Shown piece after piece: positions 38,234 through 51,447 of a stretch of DNA of 64,000 bases. Numbering within the stretch: position 1 is the first letter of the stretch; every line of letters starts with the position of its first letter. A program made the position numbers and the translations under genes. This stretch comes from Felis catus (lineage: Eukaryota), in assembly GCF_018350175.1 (NCBI RefSeq), contig NC_058373.1, forward strand, positions 110,052,001 to 110,116,000, written 5' to 3'. The notes below the pieces were generated by a model that searched no databases, was not told where the DNA came from, and saw nothing but the letters and a program-made list of their open reading frames with translations.

Positions 38234-40249
38234 AAAAATAAGTAAACATTACAAAAAATTGAAGTTTATAATTCAGTGGTTTTTGGCATATTTACTTACT
38301 TGTGCAACTATCACCACAATCTAATTTTAGCTACATATACCTGGGATCATATTATTTATTTGTTTGTTTGTGTTTATTTATTTATTTTGAGAGAGAGCAA
38401 GAGATTGTGGGAGGGGCAGAGAGAGAGGGGGAGAGAGAGAATCCCAAACATGCTCCGTGCCATTAGCACAGAACCCAACATGGGACTCGAACTCATGAAC
38501 TGTGAGATCAAGGCCTGAGCCAAGATCCAGAGTCAGATGCTTAACTGACTGAGCCACCCAGGCACCCCTGGGATCATATAATTTATAAAAATGGAAGCAG
38601 TGTGTTCTACTCTTGATCTTTGTTTGTTGAGATACTCTTGAATCACTATCAGTTTGCCATTTGATTATTCAATTTTTTCCTTTGACTTTCAGTCAGGTAC
38701 ACGAAATATTGTGGGTGGAAATTTCATAAAAATCACTGAACGGAAATGAAAATAAACAATTATTCTCTGCTGCTGTGAAGATAAATGAGTGCTGTGAATT
38801 TAGTAAACTTTTTGAATATTATTATTTTTATTTTTTTAAATGTTTATTTATTTTTGAGAGAGAGAGAGAGAGACAGAAACAGAGTGTGAGCAGGTGAGGG
38901 GCAGAGAGAGGAGACACAGAATCAGAACTAGGTTCCCGGCTCTGAGCTGTCAGCGTAGAGCCCGATGCAGGGCTCTAACTCACGAACCGTGAGATCACGA
39001 CCCGAGCGAAGTCAGATGCTTAACCGACTGAGCCACCCAGGCGCCCCCGAATATTATTTTAATATTTATTTAGACTGCTTCCTCAGACATGTTTACAGGC
39101 GGTCATATTATCACATTGTATGTGACAAACTTGGGCCTGGGTTTTTCCAACCGTTATGTTTGAGGCGCTGTGCTAGATTGTTGCTGACTCTAGAACAGAG
39201 ACTCAAGCTGAGACTGAGGCCTACAGTTCAGTTCACTTATTCCTGACCTGCTGAGGAGCTACTCTTTTCTAAGTAATTTTCTTATTAAAAAATAAAATGA
39301 AAAATTAAACTGTCCATGAAATCAGATGCAAAAATATATAGAAAACACTCCTACTTAATAGAGAAAAAGTAAATGAAGTTTAAAGGGAATGAAAATAAGA
39401 TGTAATGTCTTTTGCTTTATCCTCTGGCAGTGAAATTAACTTTCGAATGTAAGCAGGCAAGAATCTAGGAAAAAAGAATTGTTACTCACATCCGTATGAT
39501 AGCAGAACCAAAACCTTTAGTAGTTATTTTCAGGGTCTTTAAAATGCTTAAGATATTAAAAAAAATTTTTTTAATGTTTATATTTGAGAGAGAGCGAGAC
39601 AAAGCGTGAGTCGGGGAGGGGGAGAGGGAGAGGGAGAGAGGGAGACACAGAATCCGAAGCACGCTGCAGGCTCTGAACTGTCGGCACAGGGCCCGACATG
39701 GGGCTCGAACCCATGAACTGTGAGATCATGCCCTGAGCTGACGTCTGATGCTCAAATTGACTGAGCCACCCAGGTGCCCCTGCCTAAGATATTTTTGATG
39801 TCCCTGTATTTGGGTGTCAGCATCTCTTTATTAACCCTATCGGAAAGCAGTATTCTGAAATGCTTACTATGGGTAAGTAGTTTAGAATAATGTTCTTCAG
39901 AATTGCGGAATAATGGGAGTGGCTAAGCCAAAAAAAAAAAAAAAAAATCAGGGGCTGGCATGCCCTGTTTCTTTAGCACATTATGTTCAGGTGCTAGTTT
40001 CAATCCATTTTAATTTTTTTTTTTTTAACGTTTATTTATTTTTGAGAGAGAGAGAGAGACAGAGCATGAACGGGGAGGGTCAGAGAGAGAGGGAGACACA
40101 GAATGGGAAGCAGGCTCCAGGCTCTGAGCCATCAGCTCAGAGCCCGATGCGGGGCTCGAACTCACGGACCGTGAGATTGTGACCTGAGCCGAAGTCGGAC
40201 GCTCAACCGACGGAGCCACCCAGGCGCCCCCCCCCCCCCCCCCCCCCCC
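38055..40249. mobile_element. Five SINECs (+ ~38055-38258; - ~38355-38567, ~38825-39048, ~39565-39780, ~40012-40249)
   Basis: Visible TSDs: aagtttataattcag, ctgggatcatat, gaatattatt, tgc(t/c)taagatatt, atccatttta. Confidence 0.88.
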
Positions 40250-40430
40250 GATCCATTTTAAAATTCAAGGTGTTAGGTGAAAAAGCAGACTTCCTCTTCG
40301 GCACAAGGAGTCATTCGTGTGTAATGCTTGCATTATTTCACTGACATTTGAAGTTGCTAATTTTACTGTTAAAAAGAAAAATCTCCAAGTCTATTTAGGA
40401 TAGAGTGTTAAATGTGTGTGTGAATTATAG

Positions 40431-40532
40431 GGAAAGGTGAAAGATGCTGTGGTCTGGTTGACTCTACAAGAGAAAAAACTACAGAAATTGCTAACGGATT
40501 CAGAAAATGAGACCTGCTCTAAAAAGTATGAT
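40431..40532 (+). CDS. SYNE2: SYNE2 exon ~10 (102 nt): GKVKDAVVWLTLQEKKLQKLLTDSENETCSKKYD
   Basis: aattatag|GGA...GAT|gtaagt; phase 0-0; similar to recalled human sequence. Confidence 0.92.
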
Positions 40533-40670
40533 GTAAGTACGACTTTAAACAGCAATTTGTTTGCGGCTTACTCTTAGGGAAGGGTAGGATGTTTTTGGGG
40601 AAAAAAAGTCTCGCAGAGTTAATTACATAAATGCTAAACTAACTTCAAGTTTTAGCATCACGTTCTAGGA

Positions 40671-41056
40671 CAGTGCTTCTCAAGTTTTAATGTGCACGTG
40701 AACTCCCTGGGGAATCTTGTTAAAATGCGGATTTTTTTTTTTTAAGTTTGTTTATTTACTTTGAGAGAGAGAGAGAGAGAGGGAGAGCATGAGCAGGGGA
40801 GGGGCAGAGAGATAGAGGGAGAGAATCCCAAGCAGTCTGTGCGCTGTTAGCACAGAGCCCAACTCAGGGCTCAATCTCACAAATCGTGAGATCGTGACCT
40901 GAACCGAGAAGAAGGTGCTTAACTGACTGAGCCACCCAGGTGCCCCTAAGATGCAGATTCTAATTCAGTAGACCTGGGGAGGGGCCTGAGATTCTGCATT
41001 TCCAGCAAGCTTCCAGGTGTTGCTAATACTTGGTCCTTAAGGTACCTTGAATAGTG
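40671..41056. mobile_element. MER5A-like element interrupted by a minus-strand SINEC (~40732-40946)
   Basis: cagtgcttctcaa...aaaatgcggatt [SINE] aagatgcagattct...ctgagattctgcatttc. Confidence 0.75.
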
Positions 41057-41067
41057 AGATTTTATAG

Positions 41068-41270
41068 CAGGGCGTGGCAAACTGGTCTGTGGGCCCCACC
41101 AATTTGGTAAATCAGGTACTCCTGGAACACAGCCAGGCCCATGAAGGTATGGTCTGTGGCTGCCTTTGCACTGCAACGCCAGAGTCAAATAGTGGCAATA
41201 GAGACCGTATGGCCCTCAAGCCTAGGCATTTCCTCTCTTGCCTCTTACAGTAAAAGTTTTCCAGTCCCCA
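41068..41270. mobile_element. MER58A-like element
   Basis: cagggcgtggcaaact...agagaccgtatggcc...aaaagtttt. Confidence 0.7.
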
Positions 41271-42149
41271 GTCTAGAGCAGAACTAGGTTATATGGAATG
41301 AAAAAAAAAAAAGATCAGGAAGTAAAAAATGAAGCCAACCTCAAGTTGTAACCCCCAAGTGTAGGGCCTCAACCGAGACGCCCTTTGAGGAAAAACGACA
41401 ACTGTGACTGTCACCACATTTGAATATCTGCAGTGTACCAGGCACCTTGCTGACGAGCATTTTACGCATCACAGCATCTTGCTGAACGTGGTGGTGTCAT
41501 TCCACGACACCTGAGGTTACACAGCTACTGCCAGGGAGAGGCGGGTTCCCGTGAAGTCTAGCCTCGAAGACCCAGCTCTCTATTTCGTGGGGTTCCTCCT
41601 GGGTGACCAGGAGAACCTGTATCATCTTGAAGGAGCCTACCAGGAGCCGAGATGAGGATTTTTCAGCCCTGTTCCTTAGAACCCACGGTCCCTGCAGCTC
41701 TGCTCCCCATCGGATTTCCACTGGGAATAGAGCAGGGGTACGGTCATGTGCTTGCTCCGCACTTAGCACCTGCAGGCTGAGCGGGCGAGTTGGATGAATC
41801 CAGCCTGTCCCACGCCAACATTCAGCGGATCGTGTGGCTTACTGGCAACAGCATCCTTTTTGGTTTAGAGGCATCAGGGAAGAAAGGGATGGGATGTTCT
41901 CGCCTTCCTTCCATCTGGACCGTACAGGTCCAGGTTTTTGTGCTGCTTCCATCTTTGGCCTGATATGTTTTTATTGACAAGAGGCCCGGCGTCCCCGGAA
42001 GTGCTTTACTCTCACCTACCTCTTTGATTTAGTAAGGCACCACAGATTCCACTTTCTTGAATAAAAGGCCTTAGGGAGTTATTAGGGGTGAGAAAGAATT
42101 ACAGTAATTATCCCTTGGTTTGCTCATAAAACTTAATCTTTCCCCAAAT

Positions 42150-42263
42150 TCTATTTATTTATTTACTTTTTAAGGTAAGCTCTGCGTCCACCATGGAGCT
42201 TGAACGCACGACCCCAAGATCAAGAGTCACATGCTCTATCGACTGAGCCAGCTGGGCACCCCA
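42150..42263 (-). mobile_element. Short tRNA-derived SINE (head plus A tail, no CT tract)
   Basis: Reverse complement has A box ggctcagtcgatag and B box gttcaagc. Confidence 0.75.
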
Positions 42264-42901
42264 GCTCCTAAATCTTTAGCCGAGATGAAATGAAATAAAA
42301 TAAAATAAGATAAAATCTGCCAATTATTATGAATAAGGGCTGAAACAATATTTATGGAATTGGTGACTCTTAAACACGAACTTCACACTAGTACGAGCCA
42401 AGAAAAACTTAATTTATTAAATTTTCGAGGGACAAAATATTTTCTCAAGTCTGTAAAAAACAACTTGGGAAGCAACGGCTTGAGCACAGTTAATCATAGA
42501 CACGTTTGTCCGTGATGACCGCTGCTGGATAGTTCTCACTTCCGCTCATGCTTATTTTGTTGTGAACACATATCCAGGGAGGACAGAGAAACTCCCATTT
42601 TCCGTGTGGCATCGTGATTTGTCCTCTAGAGCTGGGTGACCTTGCCGCTCCATTCCCTTAGAAATCCAACAGTGCTGACGAGACACAAGCTGTGACCTGT
42701 GTTACCATGAGGGCACTCAAATGATCAGGGTGCACTGAAGAAAGGTACCAGATCAGTGTAGAGGACCCTGAATCCAGGGAATTGTACCTCCCTTTAAGTA
42801 AAAATTTAAACACAACCTTCATCGATAGACCTTAAAATAGCGGATTACCTTATATTAACTGATTTAAAATTTCTGTCTTTAAAATATTCTTCTGATGGTA
42901 G

Positions 42902-43039
42902 AGCCTGCTGTCCTTTTTGGAGTCCTTCAGTGAAGGAAAAGAGCCCTTTTTGGACATCCTGCCAATAGAAAGGAACTTGGATGAGCTGAATGAAGATCAG
43001 TTACAGTTGAGAGAAGTCTGGGATGGCCTCAACTACCAG
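42902..43039 (+). CDS. SYNE2: SYNE2 exon ~11 (138 nt): SLLSFLESFSEGKEPFLDILPIERNLDELNEDQLQLREVWDGLNYQ
   Basis: ggtag|AGC...CAG|gttacc; frame continuous. Confidence 0.92.
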
Positions 43040-43624
43040 GTTACCGTGTTATGTTGATTAGAACATTTTCGTGGGGCAGCTTTGTTTGTTGGATGATTAG
43101 ACTTCCATGAGGAATGCTATAAAAGAGTAGATGCTTCATCAGAAACTTGGGAGAGTATTCTTTCATTTTCTCCAGGGTCTCGCGTGGGTAGTGATTGATC
43201 TTTAAATGGGAATTTAGAGCATTCTGCTTGGAAAAGCTGCTTGTCCAAAGTTTTTATATTTGCTATCAATGATTGGCTTGCCAGAGTAGATTATCCATAT
43301 TCTGACTGACCAGCCTCATCTTTTCCGTGGACCAGTGTCCTGTGTAGCCATCAGTAGATTCTCGGAGGGGGTTAGGGATGAGCCTAGAGAGAATGTGTGA
43401 AGATGCGTGTGTATGTGTCTGAATATATCTGTATGATTTCAATTGTTTTTGGTTTATTAAGATTTGTGTTATGACCCGAGACATAGAGCATGTTGGTGTA
43501 ATACCATTTGCACTTAAAATGAACATGTATCCTGTAGTTATTTGACACAGCATTCTATAGGTATCAGTTAAGATAAGGTGGTTGATCGTGTCAGATTATC
43601 TATGTCTTTAAAAAAGAGTTTTTT

Positions 43625-44289
43625 GGGGGAGCCTGGGTGGCTCAGTCGGTTAAGCGTCCCACTTCAGCTCAGGTCACGATCTCACGGTCCGTGAGTTCGA
43701 GCCCCGCGTCCGGCTCTGGAGCCTACTTCCGATTCTGTGTCTCCCTCTCTCTGTGCCCCTCCCCCGTTCACGTTCTGTCTCTCTCTGTCTCAAAAATAAA
43801 CGTTAAAAAAAAAAATTAAAAAAAAAAAGTTTTTTTTAATGTTTGTTTTTGAGCGAGAGAGACAGAGCGCGAGCAGGGGAGAGGCAAAGAGAGAGGGAGA
43901 CCCAGAATCTGAAGCAGCTCCAGGCTCTGAGCTGTCAGCCCAGAGCCTGATGTGGGGCTCGAACCCACAAACCGCGAGATCATGACCTGAGCTGAAGTCA
44001 GATGCTCAACTGACTGAGCCACCCAGGCGCCCTGGATTATGTTGATATTTTTAGAATTTCATTTTATCTATTGACCTTTTTTTAAACATTCAACTGATTA
44101 ATTTTTAAATGTTTATTTGTTGTAGAGAGAGAGCACGTGGGGGAGGGGCAGAGAGAGGGGGACAGAAGATTCAAAGCGGGCTCTGCACTGATAGCAGCGA
44201 GCCTGATGTGGGGCTTGAACTCATGAACTGCCAGATCATGACTTGAACCAAAGTTCTATGCTCACCTGACTGAGCCACCCAGGTGCCCC
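43625..44289. mobile_element. Tail-to-tail SINEC pair (+ 43625-43828; - 43830-44032) plus a third minus SINEC (~44100-44289)
   Basis: Direct reading. Confidence 0.9.
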
Positions 44290-44367
44290 AATAGGCTTTT
44301 TGGCTCTATTGCTTTCTATCAGGTTTTTAGTCAGCCTACAATATACATTGACATTTTTTTATAGTCT

Positions 44368-44508
44368 GGGGCTCCTGGGTGGCTTAGTCAGTTAAGTGTC
44401 CAACTCTTGATTTCGGCTGAGGTCGTAATCTCACGGTTTATGGGTTTAAGCCCTGTGTCAGGCTCTGTGCTGACAGTACAGACCCTGCTTGGGATTCTCT
44501 CTCTCTCT

Positions 44509-44551
<43 letters not shown>

Positions 44552-44607
44552 CCTCCCCTGCTCATTCGAACTGTCTCTCTCTCTCTCTGCCCCTCCCCTG
44601 CTCATTC

Positions 44608-44655
<48 letters not shown>

Positions 44656-44674
44656 CCTCCCCTGCCCATTCGAA

Positions 44675-44711
<37 letters not shown>

Positions 44712-44818
44712 CCTCCCCTGCTCATTCAAACTGTCTCTCTCTCTCTCTCTCTCTCTCTGCCCCTCCCCTGCTCATTTGAACTGTCTCTCTCTCTCAAAAT
44801 AAATATATAAACTTAAAA
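44368..44818 (+). mobile_element. SINEC with a five-fold internal tandem amplification
   Basis: (CT)n-GCCCCTCCCCTGCTCATTCGAA-like unit occurs five times between 44549 and 44784. Confidence 0.92.
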
Positions 44819-46070
44819 CAACTTTTTTTGCAGTCTACTTACACAACTTCTAAGTTATCATACAACTTCTTATGTAGAAATCTTGCAGTTAAATTGATTC
44901 ATTTATTTGTCATTCTTTGTACTATAGTTGCTTTGCATATAAATATATTTATGCCACAAACAAATGTTTTAAAGTCCCCAAGACCATGTTACCAATTTTT
45001 GCTAAAAACAATCATACGTTTTAAAGAAATTAACAGAAAAAAATGTCTTTTATAATTATCTAGATATTTACCATTTCCAATGTTCTTCATTCTTTCCTGG
45101 AGAGATTTGAGTTTCCATCCGAATTTATTTCCCTCAGCCTGAAACACTTTGTTAAACTTACAATGCAGGTCTGTGGGTGGTAAATTCTGTTAGTTTTCTT
45201 TGATTTCTAAGTGTCTTTATTTTGCCTTCATTCTTTTTTTAAACGTATTTATTGAGGTATAATTTACATACCATACCCTTCACGCATTTTAAGTGGATAA
45301 TTAAGTGATTTCTGGTGGATTTACAGGGTTGCAACAGAGATTTTTATGGTCTGCCAGTCAGAAATTCTCTCTGGCCCTGGAAAAGTTTGTTGATCCCTGT
45401 TGGCCCCTGCTCTCTCGGCTGTCAACAGCACCAGCCTGTTTTCAGAATACATTTTTCACCTCCTTTATGAAGGGTGGTAAATAGTCAGGTCCAGTAGCTT
45501 AAAAGAGCCACCATCTCCAAGTACCTAATTTGGGACAACTAGCGCAGCTCCGGAAACCTTCCCATCAAGTGGCCCGGCTCATTGTGTCCCCTGCTCGTGT
45601 TCTCATCGCGACTTCGAAACTGACCCTTCAGAAGGACGGGAGCTCCCGGTTACACGGCCTCAACAGAACACGAGAGGAAGAAGATCTTGTCTGTAGAGTT
45701 CACAGTGTTCCAGGCCACAAACACCTGGCTTAATTTTATTGAACGTGATTGGGAAAAAGTACCCAACATAATGAGAAAAACCATTAAAAAAAAAAAAAAC
45801 ACTATTTTGCAAGAGTTCAGTGCCACAAATTGATAGTAGCTTGAAAATCCATTCTTCCGTTATAATACAGCTCCTTGTCTTGGTGTGGCAAATGAGACAT
45901 ACTAATTTTACAGCCTTCAGGTACAGAAAAGTCAATACCATCTAGACAATTTCTGGTTCAGTTTGAGCACACAGTTACCTCAAGGCGTCACAGTAAATGG
46001 TTTCATTTTAAGCCAGCTATGCAAAATAGCAATATTATGGTTTTTTTTTTTTAATTAAAAAAATTTTTTG

Positions 46071-46492
46071 GGGGCGCCTGGGTGGCGCAGTCGGTTGGGC
46101 GTCCGACTTCAGCCAGGTCACGATCTCGCGGTCCGTGAGTTCGAGCCCCGCGTCGGGCTCTGGGCTGATGGCTCAGAGCCTGGAGCCTGTTTCTGATTCT
46201 GTGTCTCCCTCTGTCTCTGCCCCTCCCCCGTTCATGCTCTGTCTCTCTCTGTCCCAAAAATAAATAAACGTTGAAAAAAAAATTTTTTTTTAATGTTTAT
46301 TTTTTTGAGAGAGAAAGAGAGACAGAACATGAGCAGGGGAGGGACAGAGAGAGACACACACAGAATCTGAAGCAGGCTCCAGGCTCTGAGCTGTCAGCAC
46401 AGAGCCCGACACGGGGCTCAAACCCACAAATCACGAGATCATGACCTGAGCCGAAGTCGATCACTGAACCGACTGAGCCACCCAGGCGCTCC
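46071..46492. mobile_element. Tail-to-tail SINEC pair (young + 46071-46282; - 46283-46492)
   Basis: Inner TSD aaaaaatttttt; outer TSD caa(t/c)attatg. Confidence 0.9.
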
Positions 46493-47004
46493 AACATTAT
46501 GTTATTTTGACCTGACAGGATCAGCTCAGATCAGATATAAATTTTCAACTAAATTCAAAAATAAGTTCCAAAACTAAAAAAGTATGGAGCCAGTTTTCTG
46601 TGGTAAGTGAAAAAGAAGAGTAGTAAAAGGTAATTATCGCCTTCTATCTTTCCCCTTCTGACCGTTACATAAACAAGAGTACAGCCCTCAGGCAGAAAGC
46701 CTTTTCATTCAAAACATACTCAGCTTTCTTTCAGTTGCGAAAAGAGTATCAGTTGGATTAAAGATATTGTTCTTAGGCTCTCTTTAACTCACTCATCAAC
46801 TTTCTGGCTTATTTTATTTTGGCAAATGTACAAATTATTTGGATATACTGAAAGCGCGTATTAAAAATTCATAATGATGAAAACAGTTTTTTTCATGATT
46901 TTCCAACTGGAGGCTTAATGGCGTATACTTAATGGTTTAAGATTACGGAGCTATCTTTTGTCCTACGTCGTTTGAGAGGATAAAGTTGAAGCACCTAAAG
47001 CAAA

Positions 47005-47415
47005 ACAAAGTACTATATAGTATTCCTTATGTCTGGAAGCTTTAAAAAAAAAAAAGTCAAACTCACAGAAACAGAGAGGATAAAAGCGGTGGTCAGGATG
47101 GAGGAAAGGAGGGATTGAAGTTGGTAAAAGGGTGCGAACTTTCAGCTGTCAGTTGAGTAAGGTCTGAGGATCTAATGTAAAACACAGTGGCTACACTTTG
47201 TAACACTGTATTGTATCATTAAGTTTGTTAAGAGAGTTGAATTGAAATGTTCTCACCAAGAAAAGAAAAAAAGAGGTAAATACGTGAAGTGAGGGTGTGC
47301 TAATCAGATACTAGGAATCCTTCCACAATGTGTAGGTGTACCATATCACTTTAAATATCTTACTATGTTGTCAATTAGGCCTCAATAGACCTAAAAACAA
47401 ACAAACAAACAAAAA
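47005..47415 (+). mobile_element. Old L1M 3' end
   Basis: tattccttatgt...aaactcacagaaacagagag...aaatgttctcacca...cctcaataga plus A-rich tail. Confidence 0.7.
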
Positions 47416-47511
47416 AATAATGTGAAAACTATAATGTTTAATGCTTCTAGCTTATGAATAGTTCCACTTGACTGCCTTAAAGCCTAGCTTTTTACTCACG
47501 TAACATCTTCC

Positions 47512-47691
47512 AGGGAGCCTGGGTGGCTGAGTTGGTTAAGTGTCCAACTCTTGATCTGGGATCAGGTCACGATCTCATGGTTTGTGGAATCAAGCCCCGT
47601 GTTAGGCTCTGTGTTGTCAGCTTGGGATTCTCTCTCTCTCTTCTTTCTCTCTCTGTCTCTCAAAATAAGTAAATAAACTTAAAAAAAAAAA
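47512..47691 (+). mobile_element. SINEC with internal deletion
   Basis: Head, (CT)n and tail. Confidence 0.85.
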
Positions 47692-48131
47692 TCTTTACAC
47701 TTGGGCATTTGCTTGAATGTTTCTTTTTGATATTTATCTTACACATGGTGGCACCCAGTAAATGTTTTTTAATCAATTAATGATGAATCAAATAACCCTT
47801 TTCTTTTAAAAAATGTAATTTTGCTTATTCTTTCCTCTATTTAAAATCAATTTAAGTTAAAGAGCAGTGGCAGTTCATTTAGTAGAACTATAAGAGAAAG
47901 AGAAACACAGATTTAAAACTCCTATTTTCAATAGAGGAAGCCATTTGACTGAAACACACTTTAATTTGTGCATGATCTTCATGGGGGGGGTGGTCTTTAG
48001 AGTAAGAATGCCAAAAAATCCACAATAGAGCCATGTGACTTCAGATCAAAAACCACATTCTTAAATGGGGTCCTCAGGAAAGGACGTGGCCTAGGAGCTG
48101 GATTTTTATCTTGCTTAAGAATTCTTGGCAT

Positions 48132-49340
<1,209 letters not shown>

Positions 49341-50339
49341 GAAGTCTGGGCATTGGTGTGGAATCAGTGTTCTTCCAGGATCTTCCCTGGGCCCCTCTGC
49401 CTGGCTCTGTTATATTGCTGACTACATTTCACTGTAACCATGTACTTTGCTTCCCACTAGATGGTTCAGGCAAGACCTGTGGGTTTTTGTTTGCTTGCTT
49501 GTTTGTTTGTTTTTATCGGGTCGACCGTCAGATGCAGAGAGTTGTGTTAAACTCACTCTTCCCTTCGTGGCATATGGGTCTAGGCAAGGCCCTACTCTTA
49601 CTTTTATTTACTTGTTTAATTTGTGTTTATTTCTTTCTACACCCATGCCCTCCTTCATTTCCCCGTCTCCTTAGGCCTTTTCGTTTCATATGTTCTTGCC
49701 AAATACATAACGTATTTATGTGCTTGTGTATTATTAAGTTGCATAAATCGGTGTTATGTGTTCTTCTGTTTCTTACTTAAATTTTTGAGCACACATATTT
49801 AAAATGCTCCAGTGTTCACATGTGTCTACATCTCATTGGGGTCTCAGTGCTCATTGCACAGTACTTTGTGGTACAACCACTACATGTCCCCTCTCCATTC
49901 CAGAAGCCTTGTGTATCTCTGTGCTCAGCTCTTAGCACAATAGGTTATAAGTGTTTGCTGAATGAATGAATGAATGTGGGAGTAGGTGAGTTCTGATGGT
50001 GCTTAATGGGGAAAGCATCCAGGTAGAAGGGACAGGGAGTGCGAACACCTTGAGAGTGCAGTCGGTGTTTGGGGAAAGAGGCAGTTGGCATTTGTGTGCA
50101 TGCAGGGAGGGCTGAGGAAGGAAGAGGTTTCCTGGATTGTGGGGGGATTCGGTGAGGGACAGATATTCGGGAGGTATGGTAGAGATATGTAATGTGAATA
50201 TATGATTAGTACTAGTGAGAAAAATAATCTATAAATCTGAGCATGAGGTGTCGTTGTAAAGTCAGAGAACACAAGGCCATACAACATTTCAGATGATGGT
50301 CCTTCTATGTAACAGTCTACCCTTGCTTAAAGGGGTGCT

Positions 50340-50915
50340 TTTTTTAAACGTTTACTCATTTTGAGAGAGAGGCAGATAGACCGAGACAGAGAGAGCAGGT
50401 GAGGGGCAGAGAGAGGAGGGAGAGAATCCCAAGCAGTCTATGTGCTGTCAGCGCAGAGCCCTCCCTGTGTGAGGCTCAAACTCACGAACCATTAGATCAT
50501 GACCTGAGCCGAAGTCAAGAATCGGATGCTTGGGCACCTGGGTGGCTCAGTCGGTTGGGCATCTAACTTCGGCTCAGGTCACGATCTCACGGTTGGTGGG
50601 TTCGAGCCCCACATCGGACTCTGTGCTGACAGCTCAGAGCCTGGAACCTGCTTTGGATTCTGTATCTCCCTCTGTCTCTCTGCCCCAGTCCCACTCACGC
50701 TCTCTCTGTTTCTCAACAAGTAAATAAATATTTAAAAAATTAAAAAAAAAAAAAGAATCAGGTATTTAACCAACTAAGCCACCCAGGCGCCCTGAGGGGT
50801 GCTTTCAATAGTTCTAATTTCCCTCTCATAACTGTTTATGGATTTATCAAAATATTCATTCTTATCCTTGTGCTCCCTTTTATATCTATTTTTTAAGTGT
50901 ATTTACATATTTTGG

Positions 50916-50959
<44 letters not shown>

Positions 50960-51080
50960 CCCAAGCAGGCTGTCAGCACACAGCCCGATACGGGGCTCAA
51001 ACCCATGAACTGTGAGATCATGACCTGAGAGGAAATCAAGAATCAGAGGCTTAACCAGCTGAGCCATCCAGACACCCCTC
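50340..51080. mobile_element. Minus SINEC (~50340-50792) split by a nested plus SINEC (~50532-50754), followed by another minus SINEC (~50888-51080)
   Basis: Inner TSD-like aagaatc...; outer TSD aggggtgcttt. Confidence 0.85.
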
Positions 51081-51282
51081 GTGTGCCCCCTTCTATTGCT
51101 CTTAAACAAATGATCTTCTCTGTCAGCAGGTAAGCAAATGTGCAGAACTGAGAAGTTTGCCCATTTGAGAAAGACTTCCCTGACTAATGGATCAGAGAAA
51201 CTTTGAAGGATTAAACAAACTGCGTGCAAAGAAATAAACTTCAGAAGAATGTTTAGTGAAGCGCTGATGTTTGTTTTTTCAG

Positions 51283-51447
51283 ATTAATGTGTGGAAAAGG
51301 GAGCTGAATGATGCCTTGCCCTCACCGCTGCATCAAATCGAAGCCTGGCTCCAGGAGGTAGAGGAGCTTATCGATGAAGATTTGCCGGCTTCCCAGGATT
51401 ATTGTGAAGCCGTGGCTCTAATACAAGAGAAAATGACTTTAATCAAG
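51283..51447 (+). CDS. SYNE2: SYNE2 exon ~12 (165 nt): INVWKRELNDALPSPLHQIEAWLQEVEELIDEDLPASQDYCEAVALIQEKMTLIK
   Basis: ttttttcag|ATT...AAG|gttgga; spectrin-repeat-like xWL helix. Confidence 0.93.

Noticed and set aside
42150..42263. tRNA-like sequence with A and B boxes
   Set aside because: It has a SINE-type 5' end and A tail, and I see no intact cloverleaf; it is a short SINE or pseudogene.
44407..44802. Ser/Leu-rich and Glu/Arg-rich ORFs, and a CRISPR-like repeat-spacer appearance
   Set aside because: These are translations of (CT)n in a SINE. The separators are CT runs, the DNA is mammalian and there are no cas genes.
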